Origin: Octopus bimaculoides
Taxonomy: Eukaryota
Length of the DNA: 64,000 nucleotides
Direction of reading: 5' to 3'
Assembly: GCF_001194135.2 (NCBI RefSeq)
Contig: NC_068990.1
Coordinates: 32,991,601-33,055,600, forward strand
The notes beneath the pieces are model-generated. The model worked only from the letters and a program-made list of their open reading frames with translations. It made no database searches and was not told the DNA's origin. This document shows, piece after piece, positions 37,304 to 51,732 of this stretch (position 1 is its first letter; every line of letters starts with the position of its first letter). The position numbers were made by a program, and so were the translations under genes.

Positions 37304-38524
37304 CCATGGTAAATGTAATTCCTCAGCATTGCAAGCTCTTTTGTGGAATACTAATTCATTTCTAAAGTCAGATCTCTCATTCATTAAACAAACAGCAAGT
37401 GAGCTGATAGTTGTGGCTATGCTGTGGTAGGTACCTGGAAGTATGTAGCACAGTGAGGTACAGTCTGCTTCGTTCTAAGCAGGTACCACAGTAAAGCAAC
37501 AAATGTTACTGTGTTTGTAAAGCATGTACATATATAATAAAGTATGTAGGTAAGTGTGTAGTAAATGTACATTTGTGTGTTAGTAAAGTGTTTTAGCAAT
37601 AAATGTTTCACTAGGAAACTCACAATACTTCTCTTTTACTACTACTAATACCACCACCACCACTACCACCACCTCAGTAGCATATATTGCTACACACTTG
37701 ACTAATGCAGACAAGAAAAAACTTTCCAAAGTAAAAAAACACTAATTTCCTAAAACTTTAGCTGTGATGGCGGTAGTGGTAATGGTGGTGGTGGTAGTGA
37801 TGGGGGTGGGGTGGTAGTAATGGTAGGTGATGTTATTATTGCATGGTAGTATATTGGTGGCTGAAGTTATTGGCAGTGTTTGTGGATGAGTAGAGGCGAA
37901 TGTTCAGACTGAATCTAATATTTCATTGAGAATTTGTTTTAAGACAGCAGTAAAATGGTAAGCACTGTGTGTGTCTATAAATAGTTTGCAGACACTATCA
38001 AAACCTCTCGTGCCAACCACCCAATTACAGGACGGAACTCAGAAATCATTGAAGCATTCAAAGATAAATGGCTTCAGAATTTGGAAATGGAATTCAAGAA
38101 GTGTTTCACTGAGAGTGATTTTGAGAATTGGTCAGGGAGAGTCTACTGTATTTTCCAGAATACACGTCAAAATTTTCAGACAAAAATTCAGTCAAAAATA
38201 AGGTAGGTTAACCAATATAGCAGGATGACTTTAGAGTGCCATAAATTTCATGTGAAATGTGGTAGGATTTGTATAAATGGTGTTGATGTTTCACTGCATA
38301 CACTACATGTTTATTTATTACATTGACTGGTAGGCCAGAAAATATGATACATCTGTAAGTTGCATCAGTTAACTGCAGTTGTCACTACAACTGTTCCCTC
38401 CAAATGTTAACTACATCTGTTCACTAAAAGTGTTAATTACAACTAATAAGGGCCGTTAAGTCATATTTGTAAAGATGTGGTTGGTGCAAGGTCTTGCCTG
38501 AAGAAAAGGTGGCATGTAGGAATA

Positions 38525-38690
38525 GGCGCATGTGTGGCTGTGTGGTAAGAAGCTGGCTCCCCAGCTACATGGTTCCAAATTCAGTTCCGCTGTATGGCAC
38601 CTTGGGCAAGTGTCTTCAACTATAGCCCCGGGCTGACCAAGGCATTGCGAGTGTATTTAGTAGATAGAAACCGAAAGAAGCCCATTATAT
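38525..38690 (+). mobile_element. SINE family B 5' half
   Basis: gtggctgtgtggtaagaagc...caccttgggcaagtgtcttc...gaaagaagccc. Confidence 0.8.
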
Positions 38691-38779
38691 ATATGTGTGG
38701 AAAATAGACGTTAAACAATGATGATGATAAGACACACATACACACGCGTACTTTTGTGGTTCAGCTTCCCAAATACAGG

Positions 38780-38890
38780 TTCAGTCATATTGTGCTGCAC
38801 CTTGGACAAGTGTCTTCTACTTGAGCCCCAGTTAGGCCAACCATAGCCTTGTGAGTGGATTTGGTAGAAGGAAACTGAAAAAAGCCCATC
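38780..38890 (-). mobile_element. SINE family B 5' fragment
   Basis: ggttcagtc...caccttggacaagtgtcttc...gtgagtggatttggtag appears in the same reading as the family B body. The orientation label is low-confidence. Confidence 0.5.
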
Positions 38891-38907
38891 TCTCACACAC
38901 AGACATG

Positions 38908-38957
<50 letters not shown>

Positions 38958-39976
38958 CATGTGTGAGAAGGGTGGGACATTTGTCTGTTTGTCTATATTT
39001 GCACATCTCCAAAAATTGTTCAACAACAAGCACTGATGTCATCATTTTCCCTGTCAATAAATCATTTGCTTGCTTTGGGCCTCAAAACATATGTGAAATA
39101 AGAGTTCCCTTACTTTAAAGATAGGTAAGACCTAGTGTCAAGGTTGGTATCCGGCTGTAAAATAATGCCTCAATAATATATCCATCTAACCCATGTTAGC
39201 ACAGAGAAATAGACATAATATAAAGGAACAATAATTTTGCATTATAATTCTATTTTATATCTCTTCATTCTCTAACCAAATTAATTATTGTTTTTCTTTT
39301 CAACTCAATATGGATTAAATCTAACACAATTGCTAACAACAGATTACACAATTTCAATGCAGTCGTTAGTTTTAAATCCATGCTAGGCTGAGAAGAAAAA
39401 AATAATTTATTTGGAATTTAGTTACACAAGAAAGAAATAAAATATTATGAATTGACTAATGTATATAATAGTATAAAATATAAATATAAAAAGAACATAT
39501 GTGTATAATGTAAATTTGTTATGAATGCAAACTTTTGGTTCATTCTGTAAACATTTATATCTGTGGTTTTCACTCGTTTTGATTTTGTGCTGCATTGGAG
39601 ATCAAACCAAAAAATTATTGGCATATTTTAAATGGGAAGTTTTAAAAAAACTGTTGTAAATTTAAAAAGTAGGAAAAAAAAATATACAAAAAAATTGTTT
39701 ACCTTATTTTATTAATTATATATGTACATAGCAAAATATGAATAACAAGTTTTTCAGGACATTCAAACTTCAATATGGACCTTCTAAAGCTCTATATCAT
39801 AATTTTAAAAATTCATGGCACACATAGGTTGTTTCTGATAAGACCCTATGGAGGAGGTACCTGAAGACTCTACCCAACAATCCACCCAAGAATAGGAGGT
39901 GGAAAAGATAGCTGGACAGATGGTACACATAACACAAAAATAGATACTTGTAGAGTTTAGCACTCTGTTTGGTCAA

Positions 39977-40016
<40 letters not shown>

Positions 40017-41084
40017 ATGTGCATGCACTATGGTGTAGTACAGGATATGGCTATATATTTTTAGTCCACATAACACGTAGACAAAACTAAACACCTTGCC
40101 TATGTAGCTATATTCTGTAATGCAAAATTGCATTGCAACACATTACTAACATACTGGTCTCTCACACACACACACACACACTCACACACACACACACACA
40201 CACACAACTGTGACTCTATACAGATTATAATACAAATTCATTTTATTTTACAAATATTATTGATTTTTGCCAAGAGAAATATCACAAATTTCCATGGATT
40301 CTAATTATTTTCTTTGTTGTTAAATAGGTTATATACAATCTATAATCAACTATATCACACACACACACACACACATACACACACACACATACATATATAT
40401 TGGAAAGACTGTGATGATTATTAAGAAATTGTGCTGAATAAAACACATCCTATCGTGGAAGGATGGCACAACTGACGATCTGCACTATGTCTCTTAGGCC
40501 CTTATATTCTTATTAAATCTCAACTATTACCATTTTCATTACTTTCTCATGTATCATTCACTCTCTTTTTTGTGCAATGTACCTTGTTGTCCATATAACA
40601 AAGAATGATATTGCAGCTAGGTTTATTCAGCACCTCCATCTCACCCTTTATCATTCTACCTCTCTTCCACCATCACTTCTCAATAACACTATCTTTCTTA
40701 TATCATATCACCTGTATAACAAGTGTTGGCATCTGATCTGTCCATAACTGATACCCTCTACTATCACCCTCTCTTATCCTTAATCATCATTCCACATCAT
40801 TATAGCACTCTAAACTGACATCATCACTCCCATTTACAATTGCCCTCTCAATTTCTCTATTCAATGTCATTACCAACAACCAGCATGTACCTACCACGGT
40901 TGCTCTACTATTATTCTCTTTTCTAACATCCTCTCAGTCTTACCATACTGCCCAACCCTCATCACAACCATACTCTTCTTTCACACTTGGGATCATTACT
41001 GCCATGTCTATAAACCATCTCATCTTGAAAGAATGGAGATACCTTGATCTTGCATAGGACAAGACAATTTCTGTAGGGCTGGGC

Positions 41085-41255
41085 CATGATAATATAAAGC
41101 ACCCTGTACACACTATAAAATGGTTGGTGTTAGGAAACCATGTCAAAGCAGTCATTGGAGTTTTGCACGGTCTTCTGGTCCATCAGTTCCTGCTGAATCA
41201 TTCAGCTCATGCCAGCATGGAACATGGACATTAAATGATGACAAGGATGATGATA
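41085..41255 (+). mobile_element. Degenerate RTE 3' tail
   Basis: aaagcaccc...ggttggtgttagg...catgccagcatggaacatggacattaaatgatgac. Confidence 0.6.
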
Positions 41256-42164
41256 TACAGGTGCAGGATTTACTTTTCCTCTTATCAATATAATACTAAG
41301 GTCCAGTGTCTGTTTCTCTGCTTGTGTGATCATTATTTTTAGACTAAACTGTGTAATGTCAAAATAAAATGTTTCAATCAATGTAGTCTTAGACCTAAGC
41401 CCATATCCAAGAAAAAATTTCAAGCAAATTTCACCCTTAGAACCTTCAAAATGAAAGGGTTCTCTTCGTTATTGTATTACAAATAATAAACTTTTATAGC
41501 CATATTTTCTGAATGACAAAAAACAGCTTAAAAAAAAAAATTAAAGGAGAGAGTGTGTGGGTAGTGGGGGTTTAGTGTGAGTTGGTTTTAGTTGGGAGAG
41601 GGAGCAGTGTGCTAAGGGGATGGTAAGAGCTTACATAGTCAATAGTGTTGAGAACATGCAGAGTACTTGTCTACATTCACACACATTCTCACATTAAAGC
41701 ATGTTATTGTTCATCACACACACACACCACACACACACATACATACACCACACATACATACACCACACATACATACACATATACACCAACAAATACACAC
41801 ACATACCACTATTTAATCAAAATTAATGACAGTTTGTGCCTGCATCTGTATGAGACTTTGTACACATACCCATACATACAGTCTGTATCTCTGTCACAAA
41901 CATACATATCAACACCGTCCCCCCTACACATTCACACACACCATACACATTTAATACATTCTTATGTAGATAAAAATATAGAAGAAATGTGCTCAGGTGT
42001 TTGAAACTATCGTGCAGGTTAAATAAAGACAAGAGTTATGCTAAAATTGTAACTCGATCAGTAAAATTGAATGTTTGTGTGTGTGTATATATGTGTGTGT
42101 ATGCATGTGTGTGTGCACGCGCATGCATATGTATGTGTATACATATATGTGTCAAAATGTATAC

Positions 42165-42195
<31 letters not shown>

Positions 42196-42240
42196 TGTAT
42201 GTATGTATGTATCTATCTATCAATATATATATATATATAT

Positions 42241-42388
42241 GGCACTCTGTTGGTTACAATGATGAGGGCTTCAGTTGATCGATCAATGGAACAGCCTGCT
42301 CATGAAATTAATGTGTATGTGGCTGAGCACTCCACAGACACGTGTATCCTTAGCGTAGCTTTAATGGAGATTCAGCATGACACAGAGC
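42241..42388 (-). mobile_element. SINE family C 3' half
   Basis: ggcactctgttggttacaatgatgagggcttcagttgatc...gctgagcactccacagacacgtg...cagcatgacacagag. Confidence 0.8.
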
Positions 42389-42416
42389 AATGATATATAT
42401 AATGATATAGCTGTTA

Positions 42417-42607
42417 AGAGGAGGTGTTGAAAAGTTCCTGGCTTTGGGTAAAAGAAAATACAGGAGGACAAGTTAATTATGATTCTATTCAACATATTCT
42501 CCTCTCAGATTCACACACTTATTGTAATGGTCCATCAGTTTTTTGAAGCCCTGTGAAAGAACTCAGAAGGATATCCTTAAAGCCAAGAACTTTTCAGAAC
42601 CCCCTTG
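42417..42607. mobile_element. Mariner-type MITE (~190 bp) with terminal inverted repeats
   Basis: TA|agaggaggtgttgaaaagttcctggcttt versus the reverse complement of aaagccaagaacttttcagaacccccttga; mariner-style end with no coding capacity. Confidence 0.75.
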
Positions 42608-42610
42608 AAT

Positions 42611-42958
42611 CATCATCATCATCATCGTTTAACGTCCACTTTCCATGCTAGCATGTGTTGGACAATTTGACTGAGGACTGGCGAACCAGATGGCTGCACC
42701 AAGCTCCAATCTGATCTGGCAGAGTTTCTACAGCTGGACGCCCTTCCTAGCGTCAACCACTCCAAGAGTGTAGTGGGTGCTTTTACGTGCCACTGGCACG
42801 AGGGCCAGTCAGGCAGTACTGGCAACGGCCACGCTCAAAATGGTGTATTTTACATGCCACCTGCACAGGAGCCAGTCCAGTGGTACTGGCAATGGCCTTG
42901 CTCAAATGTTGTTTTTCATGTGCCACCGGCACAAGTGCCAGTAAGGTGACACTGGTAG
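42611..42958 (-). mobile_element. RTE-derived 3'-end element
   Basis: (CAT)n cgtttaacgtccactttccatgctagc...; co-linear with the copies at 21.3 and 35.2 kb. Confidence 0.85.
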
Positions 42959-43869
42959 TGTATGAAAATATAAATTGATTGAAGTAGATAGAATCCAGAA
43001 AAGAGGAAGATCAAGAAAGATATGAGAGGTCTCAAAAAGTTGAACCTCATAAAGGATTTGACAAAGGACAACAACCAGTTGGATGACACTACTCGAGAAA
43101 CCCTGTCAAATCCATAAAAGCATGAATAGAAGTAAAATAGTTATTCTCATAATTATGATAATAATTATGATTATGATTTCAAATTTTGGCATGAAGCCAG
43201 AAATTTCATGGATCAATGTAATTAACTAGTCTTCTTCCCCAATAAATTGGAGCCTTGTGCCTACAGTAGAAATAATAATTATTCTTATTTTATTAACAGG
43301 TTAGCAGATGTCAAACCCAGTAGAATGTTGGATTTAACACTGGGTTATTTAGTTACACTTCTTTATGTTTCCAGTTCAATCCCCACTAATGCTGTCATTA
43401 TTTTTCATTCATAGAGGGCTGATAATATACTGGTGTATTATTAAACAGACAATTTCTTTCCCACACATCCTATGTGTGTGACCTTCTGCTTATGAAAGAT
43501 ATCTTAATTACTATGATTAATCATAATGTTTGTGATAGGTTTTCACTTAATACATTTAATATTTTTAATTATACATTTACTTACTAATTTTTCCTCATTA
43601 AAGGAAATCATACAAAAAAAAAAAGAAGCAAGCCAAAACGAAAAAACAACAAACAAAAATAGGAGGAATGTGTAGGAATATATCAATAACATCACTTCAT
43701 ATTCATGTGTATATGTGTGTATATATATTATATATGTTCAAATGCAAGTGCCATATACATGTTCTATGATTATGTAAAGGTGGGTGTATATATTAATATA
43801 TATATTATGTATGTATGTATGTATGCATGCATTCTCACACACTCATGTTCTGTGTGTATGTGTCTCTTT

Positions 43870-43947
43870 NNNNNNNNNNNNNNNNNNNNNNNNNNNNNNN
43901 NNNNNNNNNNNNNNNNNNNNNNNNNNNNNNNNNNNNNNNNNNNNNNN
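43870..43947. other. Assembly gap (N)
   Basis: Run of N. Confidence 1.
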
Positions 43948-44288
43948 TATATATAGACACATAGCATAAGTGTGAGAATATGTAAGCATATATTATGCAT
44001 ATAGATATACATGTATCTGTAAATACATGTGTATTTGTATGACTGTGTGTGTATATGTATGTATGTGGGCTAAAATTAAATAACTTTGATTGTGTTCAGA
44101 TAAGTTAAATATTAATTATGAAGAAGAAGACTGAAAGGAGTAACATTTTAATTTTGAAGTCATGCAGAATTAACAGATATATCATACATACTAATATATA
44201 TATGCATACACACTGTATAAACAGATACATCAATGCATATATATATATGTATACACACTATGAAAGATACATCAATGCATCTATATAC

Positions 44289-44339
<51 letters not shown>

Positions 44340-44694
44340 ATATATACACACACATATACATATATATACACACACCTATAACACTCATAAACATATGCAA
44401 TAAAAAAAATATTAAATGCATAACAATATTTAAATAAATTAGTAGATACAAGATCAAGAGATTATTTCATAAACATATTTGATTAGAAAAACGAGAATAC
44501 AAAATATCAACAGCAACTACAACATATGCAACAGTAACCACAACATCAACAATATCAGTAGGCTGTTATAAACAGCAATTAGAAGAGATGTAGATAATTT
44601 TATATTCTAACTGCCTTGTATGAACCAATAATTTTCTCTCATCAAAGACTATATAAACGTATGAGATTATAAATACAAACATACATACATACAC

Positions 44695-44731
<37 letters not shown>

Positions 44732-45399
44732 CTTACACACATATACATGGATATATGCATATATTCATATATGTTTATGAGTGTATATATGTGTATAATG
44801 TGTGTGCATATGTACATATGTGTATGGATGTATTTGTTTGAGTATATCTAGATATACGTGTTTATATATATGCATAGATACATATGATTTTACACATAAG
44901 TATAACTAACCAAATAACACATACAAGATATACGATGATGATATGAAGTCATTTAACATCCAGTTAAAATGAAGTTTCAAATCAGATGAAGATGATTTCA
45001 TGTAATTTCATAAAGTTAGAAACATGTTCCACTGATATCAATATATTGTTTATAAATATTGAGTTTTGTTAGTGTTATTTTTATTGATCAAATGGTACAA
45101 GGAGATTAGAATGAAGTGCAGTTTTAACAGACAGATCTGTTTATGATATAGCAATGATAATAATTATATTATACTCCACGCAGCAAACTAATAATTTTTT
45201 GTTCATATATGAGAATACTGTTGTTTATTTAGTTTTGTGATGAACATTTGAGGGTTTAAATCATAAATCAAATAGAAATATCTCATATTTGTTTAATGGA
45301 GGAATGTAATTTGTGAGATGAAATGGAACTAACTTGACGTGATTACTTGTTCATTTGTAAACGACTTATAGACATAATATGCCTTGCTAACTGCCATTC

Positions 45400-47540
45400 G
45401 ATTCATTGTGTAGATAATTTGGTTCACTATTCAGTAAGGGGAAGAAAAAGCCTTAAGGTTGCTTGGTTTCACTTGCCAAATATAAATAGATCAGTTACAT
45501 GTTCCAAGAACTTGTATATATATAGGATATGTGAGAAATTTTCTAACATGACATTGTGTATTTTTGGTCATACAGTTCACATCACATTGACAGATTGTAT
45601 TATTTCTCCATGTCTCTTTGTGACTATTCTGCAGTTGTTACTGAAAGGTATAAAAAGCTGCTTAGTGAGAATGAAACTCCAAAGACACCTAGTCTTATCA
45701 CTCCAGTGTGCCTTTACGGATAACATTACTGACCTCATGGAAACATAGATTAAACATTGCTAAGATCAACTTCCCTTTTTGCCATTTTGAGGTTGATGAA
45801 ATAAGAATCAATCTTGTACCAGACTTGATTTAACCATTGAAGCCACTCCTCTATAAATATGTGACTTTGTGAGACATGTAATTTGTCACTCTGCACCACT
45901 TGTCCTAATATCAAATCTGTGGCAATCTCAAAGAGAGTATTAGTATAAGCCACTGCAGCAACATTTACAAGAGCAACAAAATATTTTTTTACTCTCAGAA
46001 GGGCCTGAGAACAACTACTTCTACCACTTCCACCAACAACAGCAACATTAACAAATGTCGAGATATCAAATGCAAGCCTAGAGAAATCAAATGCAAACCC
46101 TGTTGAGTCCTTGGGTATAGAAGTGGTCACAAACAACACAAAAGCACCTAAATGGATAATAATCAATTGACAGAAATGTTAGCATGCCAGGCGAAATGCT
46201 TAGCAGTATTTTGTCTGTCTTTATGTTCTGAGTTCAAATTTCACCGAGGTCGACTTTGTCTTTCATCCTTTTGTGGGGGTCGATAAATTAAGTACCAGTT
46301 GCATACTGGGGTCAATTTAATTGACTGACTCCCTCCCCCAAAATTTTGGGCCTTGGGCCTAGAGTAGAAAATAATCAAATGAATCTTAGAAAGGAAAAGA
46401 GGCAAGCTGGTGAATACACTAATTTAACTCCAAAATACTAAAAATTTAGGAGCATCAAGCTGATTAACTCAGAATACAGTGTACTCAATCATTTCACCCA
46501 CGCAAGAGGCCAATAGTCACAGCAGCAACCACATTGGTCACAGCAACAACATCTTCAACAATACCTCCTGCAGCAGTACGAGAGATGTTGAGATCAGTAG
46601 TAAAAAAAAGTAAAAGCAAAACAGTCAAGACAACAAGAACCATGCCAACCACAAGAGATGGAACAATTATGTCAGCCACTAATGGATGAACATCTCATCT
46701 ACACAGTTCTCTGAGAGTAGAACAAGGATTTGATGGAGTTTGTGAGCTGTAACAAAGACAAAATTTTAGCAATGAGTCAGGATTTTCATAAGGAAAGTTT
46801 CTGGTAAGAACTACTCCAACAATGTTTGTGCTTTGAGAATGCATTTCCCACATGATGTGAGAGAATTTAGAAACTTACTAGACTGAAGGATCCTTGAAGG
46901 TTAATAAAAAGGCCCTGAAAAAGGATAACCCAAGACTCAAGTAAGTGACCAACTCCTCTTTTCTGGTTTCTTTTCCTCCTCCTGAAATGGCAATACTAAG
47001 ATGAGGTTGTATAAATGGTGATGACACAGGGGCAACATAGAAGCAAGGACATCTGCTCAATGATCTCAGGAAATTAAATTTAGATTCAATAGTCATTAAT
47101 GAGCAGGATTTCTGAAATGTAATCCCTTGCTTAATTCTGTGCAACTATGAGTTTACAGCTAGTGGCTGTCAACACTCTGACAGGAACTTGATGGTTCGAT
47201 TTCTTTATATGTCTAGGGATCATCCTGTTCACTAGTGTTAATGGGTGACTGGAATAGGATCTTCAACACATGTAAAGATTATGTCAGAATAGGTGATAGG
47301 AAAGTGGGGTGCAAAAGCCTAGTAAACCTTCTCTAGTAGAAGTGGACTTGAGACAGGAGGCTTTGAGGCCTACATTGATGGTTTGTCATGATTACTGCAC
47401 ATGGAACTGAGTGTTTTGAGAAGCTAATTTCAACTGATGAAGCAGTGAATGTGCTGAACTGTTGTGTAGGGTGCAAAGTGCCAGAATTGGATAGTCTACT
47501 CTATGAGATTTATTTCCACTTGATGAGGAAAAAAGGGCAC
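45400..47540 (+). mobile_element. Heavily decayed, internally deleted L1/Tx1-like LINE (ORF1-like region, APE start, RT start)
   Basis: ~46995-47100 reads ILR*GCING...KQGHLLNDLRKLNLDSIVINE, resembling an APE N-terminus (LR.GC.NVRG). ~47420-47520 reads ISTDEAVNVLNCCVGCKVPELDSLLYEIY, resembling IT.EEV..AL......KSPGLDGLPYEFY. The upstream ORF1 assignment is weak. Confidence 0.55.
46168..46370 (+). mobile_element. SINE family A inserted in the L1/Tx1-like remnant
   Basis: Co-linear with the copy at 5085-5297. Confidence 0.85.
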
Positions 47541-47684
47541 AAGTGAGCTGGTAAAAAAAAAACAGACAAACATATATGTCAGATGATGTCTGTGATAGAG
47601 AGGATTACACTGAAGGGGTCACACACTATAGAGTGATGATGAGTACTCAGAGAAAATATACTGTGACCTACAAATGAATAAGGT

Positions 47685-47912
47685 GGAATCACGTGGCTTA
47701 GTGGTTTAGGGTGTTAGACACATGATTGTAAGATTGTGGTTTCGATTCCTGGACTGGGCAACACGTATTCTTGAGCAAAACACTTCATTTCACATTGCTT
47801 CGGTCCACTCAGCTGGCAGAAATGAGTAATCCTGTGATGGCCTGGCGTCCTATCCAGGTGGGGAATTTATATGCCATGAAACTGGGAAACTGGCCCTTAT
47901 GAGCCAGCATGA
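47685..47912 (+). mobile_element. Chimeric SINE: family C head/core with a family D-type tail
   Basis: Head and core through gtccactcagctggcagaaatgagta match family C. The tail ctggcgtcctatccagg...gaaactgggaaactggcccttatgagcc matches family D. Confidence 0.65.
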
Positions 47913-48010
47913 CTTCCCTCACTCATAGTGATGGAAGATCTAAGAAAACATAAGAAAGAGATCACCCTAACCTGCAATCAGATTTTTAAGATGATCTACT
48001 TCGCAGATAT

Positions 48011-48390
48011 CTTTTATCTTTTACTTGTTTCAGTCATAAGATTGTGTGCGGCCATGCTGGGGTACTATCTTGAAGGGTTTAGGTGAAGAAACCAATACTA
48101 GTATTTAGTTTTTTAAGCCTGCTACTTATTCTATCAGGCTCTTTTGCTGAATTGCTAGGTCATGGGTATGTAAATAAATCAACACCAGTTGTCAAGTAGT
48201 GGTGTGGGACAAACACACACACATATATGATGGGATTCTTTCAGTTTCCATCTATGAAATCCACTCACAAGGCTTTGATCAATTAAAAGAAATTGCAGAA
48301 GACACTTGCCCAAAGTGCTATGCAATGGGACTGAACTCAGAGCCACGTGGGTAGGAAGCCAACTTTTTACCACACAGCCACACCTGTGCC
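48011..48390 (-). mobile_element. Full-length SINE family B
   Basis: Reverse complement runs from head (ggcacaggtgtggctgtgtggtaaaaag) to tail (gactgaaacaagtaaaagataaaag). Confidence 0.85.
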
Positions 48391-49986
48391 TATGATTACA
48401 AAATACCAAAATTGGTAATGACATACTGTATGGCAAACCCATCCGACCAGCATTATCATAAAGGAGCAGTTTGTTCATAAAGGAACAGCTATTCATAAGG
48501 TGGCTGAAAAAATTGATTTTTATTATTACCATTCTTTTTAGACGGGGATGGAAGTGGGTGATCCTGAGTTTTGATGTGTTCACATTTTCCTCAGGGACAA
48601 CTTTTCTTTTCACCCCTTCTGGGTCACCAAAAATAAGTGTCAGCCAAGTAATGCAGTTGATTAAATCAGCAACCCTCAACCACTCAAACATTTGTAGCCA
48701 TGTGCCATTGTAAGGAACTTTTATTATTACCATTAACCTTTAGGAACTTTCTATCGTTCCACTCAATCAAATGTGCAAAATAGAAAAAAATAAATGACAA
48801 GACATCAGTAACCATAGCAACAGAAGAAAAACAACAAAAAATATAATGGTATTATTAAATGGTGCTAGGTTGAGCTGCAACTAAAAGACATAGCATTGCA
48901 GTGTTTTGTCTGGCATTTTTAGCCAAAGTTTGTAAGACAAAAGTGGACTGTATTGATGTTGCAGTTCTTTTTAAAAGTTGGTTCACAATATATCGCAAAC
49001 TGTGTCTATTCTTTAAATAATTAATTAATATTAAAGATGATTACAATGTTAATTGACATTCTTTTCCTTTGTGGAGGGAGCTGGGTGTTGGTGATGGGGG
49101 AATGGAATATTATTTTATATCTTTGAGGCATTGAGGTTTGGAATTCATAGAAAATTTCATTTCTGGTTCATTAAAGATATATTAACAAAGGAGAAAAAGA
49201 GAGAGAGAGAGAGGGAGAGATAAGAAAGAGAGAGAGTGAGAGAGAGAGAGAGATAATAGAGAGGGAAGAGAGCGAAAATAACCATACTTACTGACAAATT
49301 TACATGCATATACACACATACACACACATGCGAACACATTATATATATGGACACTTTGTTACAAACTATGCTAAAATACAAACACACATCCATCAAGAAA
49401 CAGAAATACACACATAGATGGCAACTCATGGCTATGAACCTATACACAACACAAACAAAAGTCTGCAACGTTATACACAGATACACACAACACACAGATA
49501 TCGACACACAGAGACACATACACACACACACACACATACGCAGAGATATCTATACAACCATACACACAGACAATCACAACCAAACACACAGGCCAATAAA
49601 AATACTTGTGGCTGTGAGGCTAAGTAGTTTGTTTCATAAGCATATGGTTTCAAGCTTGGTCCTAAAGTGTACCCCCTGGGGGAAAAATGTCTTCTGCCAG
49701 AGCCTCATTTGGGCCAAAGCCTTGTTTTTGAGAGTTTATCATCAAGGGACCCTTCCTGTTGATGCTTGGTGGACTTCATTTGTTGCCTGATTTAACATTA
49801 TCATTTGGTCCATTGGTAACATTAAGGTCAGGATTAAGGGCTACTCTGCCCACCACTACTACAGTTACGGGGGTAAACTTTCTTTATTTGATTAAATGGT
49901 TACAAAAAACAAAGTAAAATGTCCAAGCACATGCAAACAAACTGGTACATACACACACTAACACTACACTGCAACATATATATATA

Positions 49987-50390
49987 GGCGCAGAAGTGGC
50001 TGTGTGGCAAGAAGCTTGCTTCCCAACCACATGGTTTTGGGTTTAGTCCCACGGCATGGCACCTTGAGCAAGTGTCTTCTATTATAGCCTCAGGCTAATC
50101 AAAGCCGTGTGAGTGGATTTGGTAGACGGAAACTGAAAGAAACCTGTCATATATATATATGTCTATATGTATGTATGTATTTGTGTGTCAGTGTTTGTCC
50201 CCCCACCATCGCTTGACAACCGATGTTGGTGTGTTTACATCCCCATAACTTAGTGCTTCAGCAAAGGAGACCGATAGAATAAGTACTAGGCTTACAAAGA
50301 ATAAGTCCTGGGGTCGATTTGTTCAACTAAAGGCGGTGCTCCAGCATGGCTGCAGTCAAATGACTGAAACAAGTAAAAGAATAAAAGAAT
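49987..50390 (+). mobile_element. Full-length SINE family B
   Basis: Co-linear with the copy at 15482-15895. Confidence 0.9.
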
Positions 50391-50721
50391 ATACATACAT
50401 ATTTTAATCATAACTCAAGTATATATATATGCTCTTTTATTCTCTTATGAGTTTCAGCCATAAACTGTAGTTCTGCTTGGGGACAACCATTAATGCAAAT
50501 ACTTGTTTATTTCAAACTCATTTTCTGGAATTGGTCATAGTGAAGTAGCCAGTTGGAAAAAGTTGTCCTTCTTGCCATTTCTTGTCACGATGTGGGTTTT
50601 GTGTCAATGTTATCCACAGATGTCTCTTCCCTGTGTGGATCTGTAGTATTGAAGGGAACAGGAAATAAACAACCTCGCTTGTATGACAATGATGCTTGTT
50701 TACCACCATTACATGATGGCT

Positions 50722-50767
<46 letters not shown>

Positions 50768-50777
50768 CACTGGGGTA

Positions 50778-50919
50778 TGTAGCACACTGCCTAAATACTA
50801 ATCTTGAGAAATTAGGCTTCTCAAAACTAGAAAGGAGAAAGCTGATTCAAAGATTACAGATCCAAGTCATCACTGGAACTATAGAAGTTTGTAAAACTTT
50901 CCAGAAGTTTATCATCTAA
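50778..50919 (+). mobile_element. Non-LTR (RLE-type) ORF C-terminal fragment
   Basis: Reads NLEKLGFSKLERRKLIQRLQIQVITGTIEVCKTFQKFII*, resembling the helical C-termini of RLE-clade ORFs (L..LGF......KL...Q...I.GT..I.KTF.KF). Confidence 0.5.
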
Positions 50920-51012
50920 GTATATACAAAAATGTATAGACATGCACCTATAGGTGTGAGAATACATACATAAAACAAAACATACAAATCTTCACATATA
51001 CATACATACATG

Positions 51013-51044
<32 letters not shown>

Positions 51045-51116
51045 CATACATACATACAAAAATACCCTGTTGATGTTGAAATTCCAATGAAGAAGCCTTG
51101 GATCTAGGTTGGAAAC

Positions 51117-51732
51117 TGGCACTTTCTTTATTGGTAAGAAGGCAAGTGAAATTGAAATCGAACTAAATTTGACAACTGGCACTCATGTCAACGTCTCTTT
51201 CATTGAATACTAAACTCGGCTTGCAAAGACCTGTTGGGGCAAGCGAGAGCGAAATCGTGATGGCACCTGTACCAGTGGAGCACTAAGAGCACCGTCTGAG
51301 TGTGATCGTTGCCAGAGCAGCTGTCTGGCTTCCATGCTGGTGGCACATAAATAGCACCATTTGAGCTTGATCGTTACCAACATCGCGTTCCTGGCACTTG
51401 TGCAGGTGGCACGTGTAAAGACATTTGAGCGAGATTGTTGCCAGTGCCGCTGAACTGGCTCCTGTGTAGGTGGCACGTAAAATACACCATTTCAAGTGTG
51501 GCTATTGCCAGTACCGCCTGACTGGCCTTCGTGCCAGTGGCACGTAAAAACACCCACTACACTCTTGGAGTGGTTGGTGTTAGGAAGGACATCCAGCTGG
51601 AGAAACTCTGCCAAATCAGATTGGAGCCTGGTGTAGCCACTTGGTTCACCAGTCCTCAGTCAAATCGTCCAACCCATGCTAACATGGAAAGCAGACGTTA
51701 AACGATGATGAAGATGATGATGATGATGATGA
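51117..51732 (+). mobile_element. RTE-derived 3'-end element with duplicated ORF-stop module
   Basis: ggcaagtgaaattgaaatcg and ggcaagcgagagcgaaatcg modules, internal gtggcacrtaaa repeats, and tail ccaacccatgctaacatggaaagcagacgttaaac(gat)n. Confidence 0.85.

Noticed and set aside
45750-46166. 138-aa minus-strand ORF, among the longest non-microsatellite ORFs in the window
   Set aside because: No recognisable domain or convincing splice signals. It lies antisense to the putative decayed L1/Tx1 ORF1 region, and about one ORF of this length is expected by chance in a window this size.
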